Shown here: piece by piece, positions 23,750 through 35,394 of the stretch
How the letters are laid out: each line of letters begins with the position of its first letter
How positions within the stretch are numbered: position 1 is the stretch's first letter
Source of the DNA: Catajapyx aquilonaris
Lineage: Eukaryota
DNA length: 40,748 bases
Assembly: GCA_000934665.2 (NCBI GenBank)
Contig: JYFJ02003500.1
Span: 1 to 40,748 of the forward strand
Direction: 5' to 3'
Notes under the pieces: generated by a model
Seen by the model: only the letters and a program-made list of their open reading frames with translations
Told to the model about the DNA's origin: nothing
Database searches by the model: none
Made by a program: the position numbers and the translations under genes

Positions 23750-23932
23750 CAATAGTTTTCCCGCCCGCGTGGAAATAACCCCGACGCTTGGATCGCTGTT
23801 GGTCTGGTCCATCATCCGGTGTCGCAGCCTCCAATGACGTGTCCCACGTGTGACCAGTCGGTGCCGGACTGATGACCAAGACGCACGTGATGATGGTGGC
23901 TACGGGGACGGAATCGGTGTGAACCATCTCAG
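23750..23932 (+). other. Putative non-coding first (5'UTR) exon of the PH-PTB adaptor gene; start approximate
   Basis: GC/CpG-richer stretch ending in a strong donor CAG|GTATGT at 23932/23933. A matching acceptor TTGTTGTAG ends at 25259, 6 nt before ATG 25266. An alternative proximal Inr-like ATCAGTC lies at 25081. Confidence 0.3.
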
Positions 23933-25265
23933 GTATGTCCATCAAAAAAACAACAACAGAAAGGTGGGCTTCCGCATGTGTGGCGTGTCCTGCATAAAAT
24001 CTGGGAGTACACACGTCAACAGTGTTGTAACCGCATGTCACTACCAATTAGCGGGTCAATTCCGTGCTTTTGCGACTGTTTTTGCCAATTTGGCAATATA
24101 CCAAAAATGGGTGCATTTCATTGCCACGGGGTAGTTCTTATTATTATAGGCACCACAGGGGGGATGTGATATGAAAATAATTAACGTGTTCGACATTGAA
24201 ATTAGCGGAGCAAAAATTAGGTTGGGTCCCCGCCCCAGAAGGGTAGTCACGTTGTAAGGTCGTGTCACGTGAGGGCCACATTCCGATTAACTTTCTATAC
24301 CGGTACTGTTGTATAGAAAGTGTTCTGCGAAAGACATATTCTGCAAGACGGATGTCGAGCAATGCTGGGTGGGCCAAGGAAAAATTTCCTACTCGCATAA
24401 CAATGACATATTTCGCAACATTTACAGGTATTCATAATCAAAGTTTTTTTTCCTAATTGAAGGGCATGTAAACTCAAATACATAATATGACATTATTCCT
24501 ATAATTGCATTCATATAAGCGGGCTTTATTAACGGTTTGTCATATTGTATTAATGGCGGTCAACCCCTATTCATTGCAAAATTATTTATTTCTACACAAT
24601 AAAATTATTTGCGCACATGCCATGTGAATTCCCTATCATTTTGCATTTGGATCATGAGAACTTCACAATGAGCTGCACTGTTAAAGCAGCATTAATTGCA
24701 CCACCCACCCACACATTCAGTTTCATAACAAAGGGTTTCGGCATCCAACCTTCAAGCCATGTTCGGTTTACATTTGTACTGTTGACATTTCCATTCTAAC
24801 TCCACCCTATCGCAAACACACCGGTCGAGATAGAATGACCTATGACGTGAATGAAATCAGGCGCGAAAAAAAACCCACTATAGATTGTGTAAGAGTCCAC
24901 ACACCTCCGGTTTCCCTGGTTAGTCTCCCAAGTTTACTGACTGCTGTTTTTTTCCCTTTCAAATTTTTTTTAGAGGGCGCACCAAACCTTGACGTGTCTC
25001 CCCCACCCCTACACATGCAGCACACACTAGCTTTTGTTTACACCCCAACATTCCGATGCAGCAAATGCCAGGCAGTCCTCATCAGTCTCTGAATGCTGCA
25101 TGTTGTGCTTCTCCCTCACGGCGAGAACACTCCTAACAAACATACGGTCGTTACCAGTGCTGATAACAGTGTTGATACGACAATCTGTAACGGATGGCAG
25201 TAGACGTTACTTCTTGTCTGTGGAGCTAGTCTGGAGTGAGCCCTGGTGTATTGTTGTAGGCAAGG

Positions 25266-28200
25266 ATGGGACCGGAGGATACGGAGCTAATGGGTTACCT
25301 GGAGGTGAAGCTGCCACCGGAGGCTAGGAGACGAGGATCACTTCTAACGTCAAAGGTATGTACTGTCTGTGTAACGGGAACAGAGCGCCTAAAATATAGG
25401 GTTGGAAATACCAGGGTAGACTTTCATTTTTTATGTTGTTGCCCACGTGCAGGTCTGGAGGAGAAGATGGGTGGTCATCAGAAGGATAGGGGTCGAAATT
25501 CCACAGCTCATCGTCCGGCTGTTCTTCAACCATGAAATGGAACAAGGTCCTAGGGCTGCTGACACGCTCACGCTTTGCCTCAGGGATGTTGTTCTTCTGG
25601 ACCGAACACCATCCAGGTATGTTCAGTTGATCAGCTTCGTGTTAATGAGACAAGGGTTGTTCAATCGATTTGCAATAGGTGGAGGACGTCAGCGAGCTAA
25701 TTTTGTGTCGTCCTATTTAGTTTCAAAAGTGCATGTATTTTTAGAGGTTTTTACTGCGCGGGTTTCAAAAGGACGAACAACTAATCACAGGGTGATTCAG
25801 CTTCCCGGAGGGAAAGTACAATACTATCTCACTCGTCAAATATTTACCGGTTTTTCATTCACACCAGAGATTTTACTGCATGTACTTTTCGTGGTATCCA
25901 CTGCTTCTAAGAATTGTGGCAAACAGTTATTCAGACTACTCTAAAATTGTCCCATATAACTAGCTATACACACACCCACATGTTGCTCACCTATCTCTGA
26001 ATCTGGAGCTACTATCCCTCACCCAGTCCTTGCCACACACCCATCATGTTTCCGCATGTAATGAATAGAGGATCATATTATTATACGTAACCTAGGCCAC
26101 GTGACGAATAATCCACGGCATTTATTCAGGACGGGAGCCCTCTATTATCACCTCCGTTGTAATACCTGTATCGCATTCTGCCACCACATTGACCCTTTAT
26201 GGAGACTGGAGCAAAGGAATGAGTCAGACCAGGGTGCAAAGGTCCTCCCACGGACATTTTTTAAAAATATCAAAACCGACCTTCACAATGACTTTTTCCG
26301 CTTATTTTGAGTTTCCTTGATGAATGATGAGCGACGGTTTAACGGGCGGTAATTGCCCTCAACTGGATACCGGTCCTGACAGCAAAATCTGTAACATTGT
26401 AACGTAATATACTCTCCACCTGCTTTATATAAAAAAAAAGTCCCTATTCCTGAACATTTGTTTAGTGCTTGTGGCCATCTGGCGTGTGATTCCCGCCCCC
26501 GATGACAAATTTAGAGGCCGCGTCACTGGGAAAACACGAGCATGTGTGCAGCTTGGAATGTATGGACCAAGTGTATAAATATTACGAGGTGCCAAACACA
26601 GCTGATAACAAATGAACGGAACTTTTTTCTTCCGACTATAAAAGCTAGGTAGGGATTGGTAACCATGTTCACAATCACATAATCGACCTTACACTGTGAA
26701 AGGAGGAAGATTTGATAGTCGAACCTTGGAGGTCCCTTGGTCGAACCTTGTCCCGGGCTATGCAAACGCTCCATATTGCATCTGGCCAGGAAGGTAAATA
26801 AAATTATCAGTGTTTTCAGTCATCTTGGATCCGTACTATATGAACCCATGGATGTCTCATATTCTATGATTTATGGTTCAGCTGCAAGGTGTGGATATGC
26901 AGGTTAACGACTTTCAAGGAAAGTGTCTCAAGGACGATGTGCCATCTTTGCCGGTCTTCAATAAAGCAATAAATTACGGGGAGCAATATTTGCCAAGGTT
27001 ACGACTTATTTCTAGCCTGCTGAAACCGGTGCGATACATTAAATAGGTGGTAAACCAGTTTTAAACTACAAGCAATAAGTGACGTCAATAAGCCCTGAGT
27101 TATTGTTGATAACGCGATTTTCCACACTATCCGCTATTAGTCAATATTTGGCCTGGTGTTTTGTATTTACATGCCAAATCATGCGCTCCACAACCCCAGC
27201 CAATATTTGTATATCTGGTTAACCCCCCCCAAACACTTGCAGCCCACATGTTTCAAAACAAACCCTCAAATTTACCAACATCCTGCATTATACAGATGGC
27301 CTCATTCAGGAAATCACGAGCCACCCTTATCGACAATGAAAACCATTCCTAGAACGGTGTAAGCCGCAATCAGTTTTTATCTACCACGAGTGACAAACAC
27401 TGTCGATATTTGTCTCACAGCCCGGAAGTTATAATTAACCGCACAGAAGCACATATGTCACTTGGTGCTATATATAATCTGGCGTCTGGCCATTGCCTTT
27501 TCCTAATTGCCCAATTGTTGCAGGTCACATTCGTTCGCCTTTGCCCTGATGGCCCACGCTGTGCCAACCAGACCCAAGGAACTGTCTCCTTCGTCTTCCA
27601 CTGGGTCGCTGCAGTCCTTGCTCTTCTTGGCGGGAAGGTCAGAAACAGAGAGCCAACACTGGATGGCCAACCTGAGGGACATTCTGTGGCCACCGCCGCC
27701 TTTGCAGAGGCTGGAAACAGGTGAGGCTGCCCTCTAATTAATCAACCGCCGAAAACCGCGATCTTAAGATGACCGTTCCGTTTCGCATTAATAAGCCGAA
27801 AAAGTTCTCACGAATTTCCTTATAATATAAGGACTATAATTATAATTTTCGCGGTTTATTGGGTAGTGATAGCAAAAGTTTAGAAGTGGGATTTCCAGTT
27901 CATTTCTGCGTAGTGTGCTTTGTTAGTAATCATGTGAATCCAAGGTTCATTAAGATGTGATTAATACCCATTAGTCGGATTTCATATGTCGAGTTAATGC
28001 GGGGGTTTTTGACACACGAATTGATGCAATTTGAACTTGTTACTGTGGGACGGGTGCAAAAGGCACACGGAGCAGTCGAATAAGTCGCAAAAAATGGGAT
28101 ATTCAACCGAATAATAATGTTTCGTTGTTATTAATGATTAGAATGCAATTGTAATACTAGCGGCTAGTCAATAAATCAATATGCTAAATATTAATCCAGA

Positions 28201-31200
28201 ACAAGCCATTACAATGTATTGAAATCATGTTCACTCGGTCATTTACAATAAGCGCATTATTTGATTAGAAAGAGTGCAATCACCCACTCCCAAATGAAAT
28301 CAGTGAGCTCAAGAGTGCTAAAATGTGTCTACGTGGCCGTTGACCAAGGGGTGCACAACCCACTTCCAAGAAAAGTGTACAAACGCATTAGTGTCAGAAC
28401 CGGGAGAAAATTGATGCCGTTCCACACTTGTGCAAGATGGTCAACAGTTTACCGTTACAGCATTTGGTGTTACACTTTCACAACTGTCTGCTTACGTTCA
28501 ACTCAAAGTATTGATGGCACCTCAACAACAACAAATTTCAACTGAGGTCACTGCATGTAATGTAACTCGTTTTAAATAATATATTGTCAGTAATTCACGT
28601 CTGACGTAGGCTCCCTTAATCCTAGTTATTATACGTGTTCACCTGCGTCATTCTTTTGGTGAACAGGTTTTTTATAAAATCCAGATAACTCCAGTGCGCA
28701 AGCCCCAAATACTAGAATTGTTATTGATCAAGGCTGCGTAACTGCAAGTACAAAACGCCGCACACAATTGTTCTAGGTGAAGACAATTGCAATTAGCCCC
28801 ATGAGTCAAAGGGAAAAAAGCTAGGTAAAGTCTCAGAAAAGTAACCAAGGAAGGAAACATCATATTCCCACCGAGCCATTAATAAAATCACGCAATCCGC
28901 GCGTGCAGGTCGGAAACAATAGAACGATGTACCGTAAATGTGTTGTGAACCTATTCCCAAAATACACGCCCGGTTATGAACAATACAAACAGGTTTGCTA
29001 CTCCAACCCTAGATACTGCAAATAAAAGGTGTTTCTTTATGAGTTTGAATTTATCGGTATGACGTACAGCCGTACAGGTGACGTTGCCTTGAAGGGTCCG
29101 GGAGCACCTAAAGCCCTTGTATATTGAGATACGATAAGTACCTGAAGGGTCGTGCAGTTCCAGCTCTGATGTCAGTCAGGTGAGCTGATAGATAATTGTA
29201 CCTTAATTTAAATAATACGCTGATGACTACCCAGGGACATACTTGGCCAGCTTTTGTCACCATAAAAACTGGCTGTCATCGAGTCATCAAAATTCAACTC
29301 ACATGCTGGCCAAGTGGGCGGCATAAAAATACTAGGAACATTCCTTGCTCTTTTTTCATTTTTTTTTTGTTTCTGTTATCAGAATTGCAAATGTCGCGCC
29401 CGTTTTGGAGAAAATCAGGGGTTGCGAATTCGCGGAAAATTTGATGCTCAGAATCTTCCACGCTCTTTTTTTATTGTTTGTTTTGCATGTACTTCGTCAC
29501 GTACGGCTGCACTCTCAAACGGTATACGTGAGACGGTTTTTGTCTGGCATTACCGCCCGTGTTCTTGCGAAGCGCAGACCAGGATTTCGCGCACTTGTTT
29601 GACACCCGTCCATAAGAATCCCTTGTGTCAACGTTTATCTGCCAATCACAGCGTCGCGTCGGGAGTACCAGTATATCACCTACTCCACTAAAAGTCACTA
29701 TCGTGATTTGTGATAGTGCAAGTCTTGAGTGCGGGTTGTGCGTCGCTTAGCTGCTGTGTATGAATCAGTGAGTTGAATTTTTGTACTATAAATCAGCATT
29801 GTTCGTATTTGGCAAAGTGAACCAATTTTCTAACTGATTGAACAGCCAAAAGTTGCAAGTCATTTCCGACCCACGTGCTTAAGTTTAGGGTACCGCCCAG
29901 GCTACCAATGGCGCCGACCTCACGGTCAAAAATAAATGCCACTTATCTCCAGCAGGAAACCCATCTATTTTCACCTACAGGGCGTCACAAACGTCACTTT
30001 AACCCTCGTTTGCTTCCCCCTAGCCAATCTTCTCCAACAGCAAACCACCGTGAAACTCCCTTTTAATTACTTAACAGTGCGGTTGGCAAACCTGCTTGGA
30101 GGAAGTTCCACCCCCCAAAAAAATTTTGAAGTAAAAAAAAAAATTTTTTTTGAAGGAGGTGAAGCAGGAAGGGGGTGTTCATGAGAAGAACCTCCGGATC
30201 TCATTAGTTGGAAAGGATTCGTACACACAGCAACTTTTGCGTGTGGGTCCATCATTTTCGCTGTACAGAGGCTGGTACAAGTACTTCTGGGAACTTCATA
30301 CGACTCATCGTTTTTCAGCTGGATCGGGTTTTAAAACCTGTGATTACAAAGTTGGATCAAAACCTGTTCGGTGACTCGTGGTGAGACTCACGGTGTTACT
30401 TCGCCATTGTACGGTGGTGTTATGCAACGGTTAATGCGCCATTGTTACTATGGGGGGTCAATAGATGTCATTTACTACAAGGTGCTTCGGAATATCCGGC
30501 TACTTGCTACACAAACATATGGATGTCATTACAGCATAGTTAATTAATATAGTAATCATCCCCTCAAGGATGTTGTTTCAGGCTATTTCGACCGATCGCC
30601 AGATTGTTGGGTGGAGGGTATGTGATGAACCCTGGCTTTTTTTTGCATCCAACCGTGCATTTATGAAAAGGTTTTGAACCGGAGCGCATCGCCAGCACTA
30701 AAGATCGCGTGATGCAAAATTCATGCACCTGGACAACAATATTCATGAACAAGCAGGTTGGCGAAAAAGGCTTATAGGGGAGGGGGGGGAAATTCGNGGG
30801 GGGGGGGAAATTCGCACCAAGGCCACGCAGAATTGCAGGTGTTTGCCAGAAGCAGCAGGTATAAGAGATGGTGATGGGAAAATCCCAGTAATTCATGGCA
30901 TATGGCCGGGAATTGACAGATGTGAAGTAGGTAACAATTGGTTAAATGCTTGCACCTTGCATAATCGCACCTGCGACCCTTTTTTGCGAGTGTAAGGAGG
31001 TGACCTTCGCTATTTGCGCGCATTTTGTTGTCTGGTGTAGCCTACATGCGACTTATTTGAGTGCTTCTTTCCTACAGCTTTGGGCCATGCGTATGATGTG
31101 TCCAGCATATCGGGATGTGGTGGTCAGCCAGGGATCTACGGTCATCTGATGGTGTCACCTAGCAGTCTGGCGGTGTATGACCCGGCCTCTGCAGATCTGG

Positions 31201-34199
31201 TGCAACAGTGGCCATTGGGGAACCTGGTCAGGCTCTTCCTGGCTAAGGTCACAATAGAGGAGGACCAGGACAAGATCCTTACCTTGTTTCTGAAAGGGTA
31301 AGAATATGATTGTTATGTCATACATAGTACCTGGAAGAAGTCTATGTAAATTGAATGGCAAAATAACCTATTTATAGCAACCACAATCATGAGGAAAATT
31401 CACCAGGAAATAGTGCATGATTAATATTAATCACACACAGGTAAAAAGTGCAGAAGGCTGAACTGTAAGGATTTGTTTTGCAATAAGATGAATGTAGACA
31501 TTCACGTGAATCACTGCAATGCATTTCTATGGCTTGTATTTTATGAGCAATTTTTGTTGAATGATGTGAATCACTGATGCAAGCAGCGTCTTTTAATAGG
31601 TCGTGAGTTACATCAGGCACTGTGTAGAGTACACTCCAGTTTTGATTGATACAATACTTCATAATACTGGTTTCCATACAATGGAAGTCGATGGAAGTAT
31701 TGATTGACCAAGAGGATTGTGTCAAATATAAACCAGTGAATCATAGATATTAAAGGAGTGCATTCTGATGCAGGTGGTGCTCTTATTGTTAGTGTATATG
31801 ACTTCACTTTCTATATGTAACTGGAAACACATTCAACCTGTTTTACTAATCAAGGCCTGTATGTATTGGTAAAAATTTTGCAAACTGTGAAATCATGTTC
31901 AAATTTAGCGTAGAGTTACACATAATGTTGGAAAGTGGATTTAACAGGACTTTCCAACCACGTATGTAACTCACTACCGTATCTGAAGATGAGGCAACAG
32001 GAGCAAGTGTGAGTGAGCCTTGACAAGTGTTTTACTATTTAGGATGTAAGCTCAATTCTTCCTTATTGACCAAATACTTTTTACCTTTGTCTGCATAATT
32101 TCCCCTTTAAAAAAAGAACTTTCCAAGCATACATTTTTTGTTTCCATGCAACTTGAATCAAGGTGGAAATATCCTTGGAAGTTTCTGTAATTGAGGCAAT
32201 CTGCCAATAAATTGCTATAACTCTGCTGCGCTGATGGGTTGCATTACGGTTACCGCGAATTACTGCTATTTGTTTGATCTATTAGTAAACCCAACTTTTT
32301 TTACGGTAAAAATGTGCAAAAATTGCCTGATGTGTTTGAGTACTTTCAGTGTTATTTCCCTTTGAATAGAATGTACTGATCATGCTTTGTAATATGACTG
32401 CCTACACACATAATTCATGCTGAGCCTTTTTTTTTACAATAACTAACAGGTGTTTTTCTCTTTCCATTGCCAGGCATGAATCCCCGGAGCACAGCCTGTG
32501 CCTGTTCTGCCCTCGTGCTGCTGAACTCCTTGAATACCTGTGCTGTGTGGTGCAAGTCACCAAGACCTTGCAGTGTAGGTCACCGGATGCTGACCAAGAA
32601 GACAGTTGGGTCGTGGTGACAAAGACAGGCGAACACGCCTCTCCTGGGTGCCAAACAAAGCTTCTCTATCCTGCAGACCTGTACACAGTGCCAAAGTCTA
32701 ACCGTGTGTACAATCTGTGTGTGCGTGCCAGTACTGCATCAGTAGCAGTTGAGACAGTGCTGGATGAGTGTGGGTTCCGCCCCAGAAGTGACAGTATTGA
32801 AACTGGTAGCAGTCCGAGCGATGCTGGTGTGTACTTGAACAATCTGACATACGATGAAAGCCTGGATGAGTGCAATTTGAATTCACCAGAGATCAAGCAC
32901 AACAACTTCCAGAAACTGCTGTTTGAGTTCAACATGTCTGGTGACCATACTGAAGTCTCAAGTGATGAAGGTGATGGGAGTGTCATTATTGGGAGGTTCA
33001 AGGTGGTGCCATCACCGCAAGATAGGCGCTGGTCCATCGCATCAAATGGATCCGGCATTTATGAGGAGATTCCTGATAGCCCTGGTGATGCTGCAAAACC
33101 CCTGGATGTGCCACCACCATTGCCTCCAAGGCGTCCACCATCAATTCAAATCTCACCGGCAGACCCTCCTCCTGAGTTTCCTACACCCCCAGCAGTCCCA
33201 CGTCGCAAGAGCAAGTCATTCTCAACTACCCATGACGAGCACTTTGCCACATTGGACTCACCATCGTGGCGTCGCTCAGCTCCCTTACCCTGCCCTGGAA
33301 ACCCTGATTACCCATCAACAATGCGCCGCAAAGATTTGGTCAAGTTCCTAGGTCTGGAAACACAGGAGGTCCCTGAGTCTCCACCTTCAAGCCAACCATC
33401 ATCAGGGAGCTCAACACCCAAGATGGGTTCACGCAACTTCCTCCCTCGCATCATATCCAAAGTGAAAGACAAGGGTAAGCTGTTGGGCTACGGGACACTC
33501 CCACTCCGTAAGCGTTCCAACACTGACCCCCCAACAATGTGGGATGGGATGCACCGGTGCGTCACAGTGACTGACTTCAGAGTCAAGAAAACATCGCTGC
33601 CTCTGATCCCATTCCCGCATCCAGCAGAACTGCGCAGTAGCTTGGATGCACTACGAGACGATGAACCAGAGCCAAGGTGGTTACAGCTGCCACGTGACTC
33701 AACTATTTGCCACAAGCACTGGAACTCATTGGAAGTACAGGGTAAGACAAGGGAAAGGTCACTGGAAAACCTGTTGTGCATGGCGAAACAAGAAATGGCA
33801 TGTGAGCAGAACTGCCTGGAGCCACACTCATTCTGTCGGGACTCACTTCGTACCCGCTCCCTAGACATGGTCAGAAAACATGAACCCAAGCATGAACCAG
33901 CATATGTGCCAATGACCAAAGAACCAGAGTACATGGAGATGGCTGGGAAGCGCAGAGATAGTGATCCTGAGCCCGAGACTGAGCCAGAGCCAGTGTATAT
34001 GAGTATAAAAAGCCTGGGGGAATTGGGTAGGAGAGACAGTCGAATGATTTGTCATTTGCAGGACAACTGTTGTGATCACACATCACCCGAGGACACTACT
34101 GATTACGTTCCAACTGTGAACAGGCGATCTGTCACGCCTGAGACTGAGAGATCTTTACCAGCCACTTTTCTGGTGCGAAAGAAGTCAATTTATGTGTAA
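25266..34199 (+). CDS. PH + PTB(IRS-type)-like docking/adaptor protein (DOK/IRS-like), ~798 aa, 5 coding exons
   Basis: Exons 25266-25355, 25453-25616, 27524-27720, 31078-31297, 32474-34199 (2397 nt, phases consistent, GT-AG). The N-terminus has PH signatures (LMGYLEVK..., VWRRRWVVIRR, FAFAL, LFLAGRSETESQHWMANLRDIL). A PTB-like block follows (GHLMVSPSSLAVYD...VQQWPLGNLVRL), then a long low-complexity Pro/Ser-rich tail with tyrosine motifs. Confidence 0.82.
30797..30797. other. Single N: probable assembly junction
   Basis: The N is flanked by duplicated G-run + AAATTCG on both sides. Confidence 0.7.
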
Positions 34200-35394
34200 A
34201 TTTGTTCAATGGTTTTTGTACTGTGTATTGTATTGTACAAAGAAAGTTTTTATGAATTAATTGACTAATTCATTTCATTTCCTACGCCTTTCATAAAGTC
34301 ACTCATAATAATAATAATTTATCAGTAAATATTACATCATGCAATCGGATGAGCTGTCTTTGGCATTTGAACCTAACTGCTCACTGTGACCATTGTTTAT
34401 GCTGAACACATACATCACCTCAAATGGGTAGATGTATCTCGTTTTGTTTTCGTTAATGGTATAAAAAGTGGCACAAATAAAAGTTAAAAAGACCCCATGT
34501 TTATTTCCAATACAATTTACAAGATGCTTTTGAGATACCAGTACAGTACATGAATCATGCCATAATACATTTTTAAAAATCCAAAAAGTAGGAACCACAT
34601 GTATGCTGTGCTTGAAAATTTTGACATGTCTTTATTGTATACTGTATTGCTATTCTATATACTGGTATGGAATGTTTGCTACTGATTGAACCCAAAAAAA
34701 TAGAAACAAGAAATAGACAGACTACATAATAATGCAATGACACTAATACTACTTTATATACTTCTATGCTTAGACTCCTGCATGATTCTAAAATAGTGCA
34801 TGGCATGTCCAGCAAAATCTGGTGGCAATTAGTGCATAGCATCGAGCCCTTCCCAGGTGTCACAACCCATAAGGCAGTGACGATTGTTTGAAGCAGCAAT
34901 GATTTACATGACCCCACAACATGGTAAAGTTGTCTGGGAATGCAGAAGGGTGCAATGCACATATCGACTGTATGATCTGTATCATTTATTTCCTATGCGG
35001 TACAGAGTGCACCTCAATCTCAAGGTTGTTCCATCTGTATGCAGAGAGACTAGACCTAGAGCCACCAGACTACATAATTGATTCCACTATGCTATACCTC
35101 TTGTTTGATATGTTCTCCCACCCTGCTTAGGATGTACAAAGAAGTTGTGGTCATTACAGATGTCAAGCAGGAGCATGGTCAGAAAAAGGTGAGCAAGAGT
35201 TTACCTACGTCAGGAAACTGCTTTCCAGGAAGACTGTTGCCTGCGCTATTGCCTAATTATATAATGGAAAAAGTGAAATAGTTAAACACATAATACCCAT
35301 AATAATAAAAACTGAGGAATACTTTAGGACCTAAGTGTATGCAGTGCACGGTAGTGTGATTAGATGCCTGTGAATCAGTATGATATCACCCAAT

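Noticed and set aside
25788..25800. Solo CAGGGTGATTCA resembling the mariner-type MITE terminus
   Set aside because: No TA immediately upstream and no inverted partner found.
26320..26380. ATGATGA...CTGA possible C/D-box snoRNA (similar pairs near 4075 and 22885)
   Set aside because: Short spacing, no terminal stem and no recognisable rRNA guide; expected by chance.
30876..30886. NF-kB-like site GGGAAAATCCC in an adaptor intron
   Set aside because: Isolated match inside a probable repeat remnant; no supporting evidence.
33484..33530. TLPLRKRS in the adaptor resembling the STING TBK1-binding motif (PLPLRT/SD); SIQIS elsewhere resembling pLxIS
   Set aside because: Partial matches only, in a low-complexity tail, lacking key residues and not C-terminal. 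They were suggested mainly by adjacency to TBK1.
32666..34086. Multiple antisense and alternative-frame ORFs
   Set aside because: Shadows of the long coding exon of the adaptor. The same applies to the + strand ORFs over TBK1 exons and the - strand ORFs over FLVCR exons.
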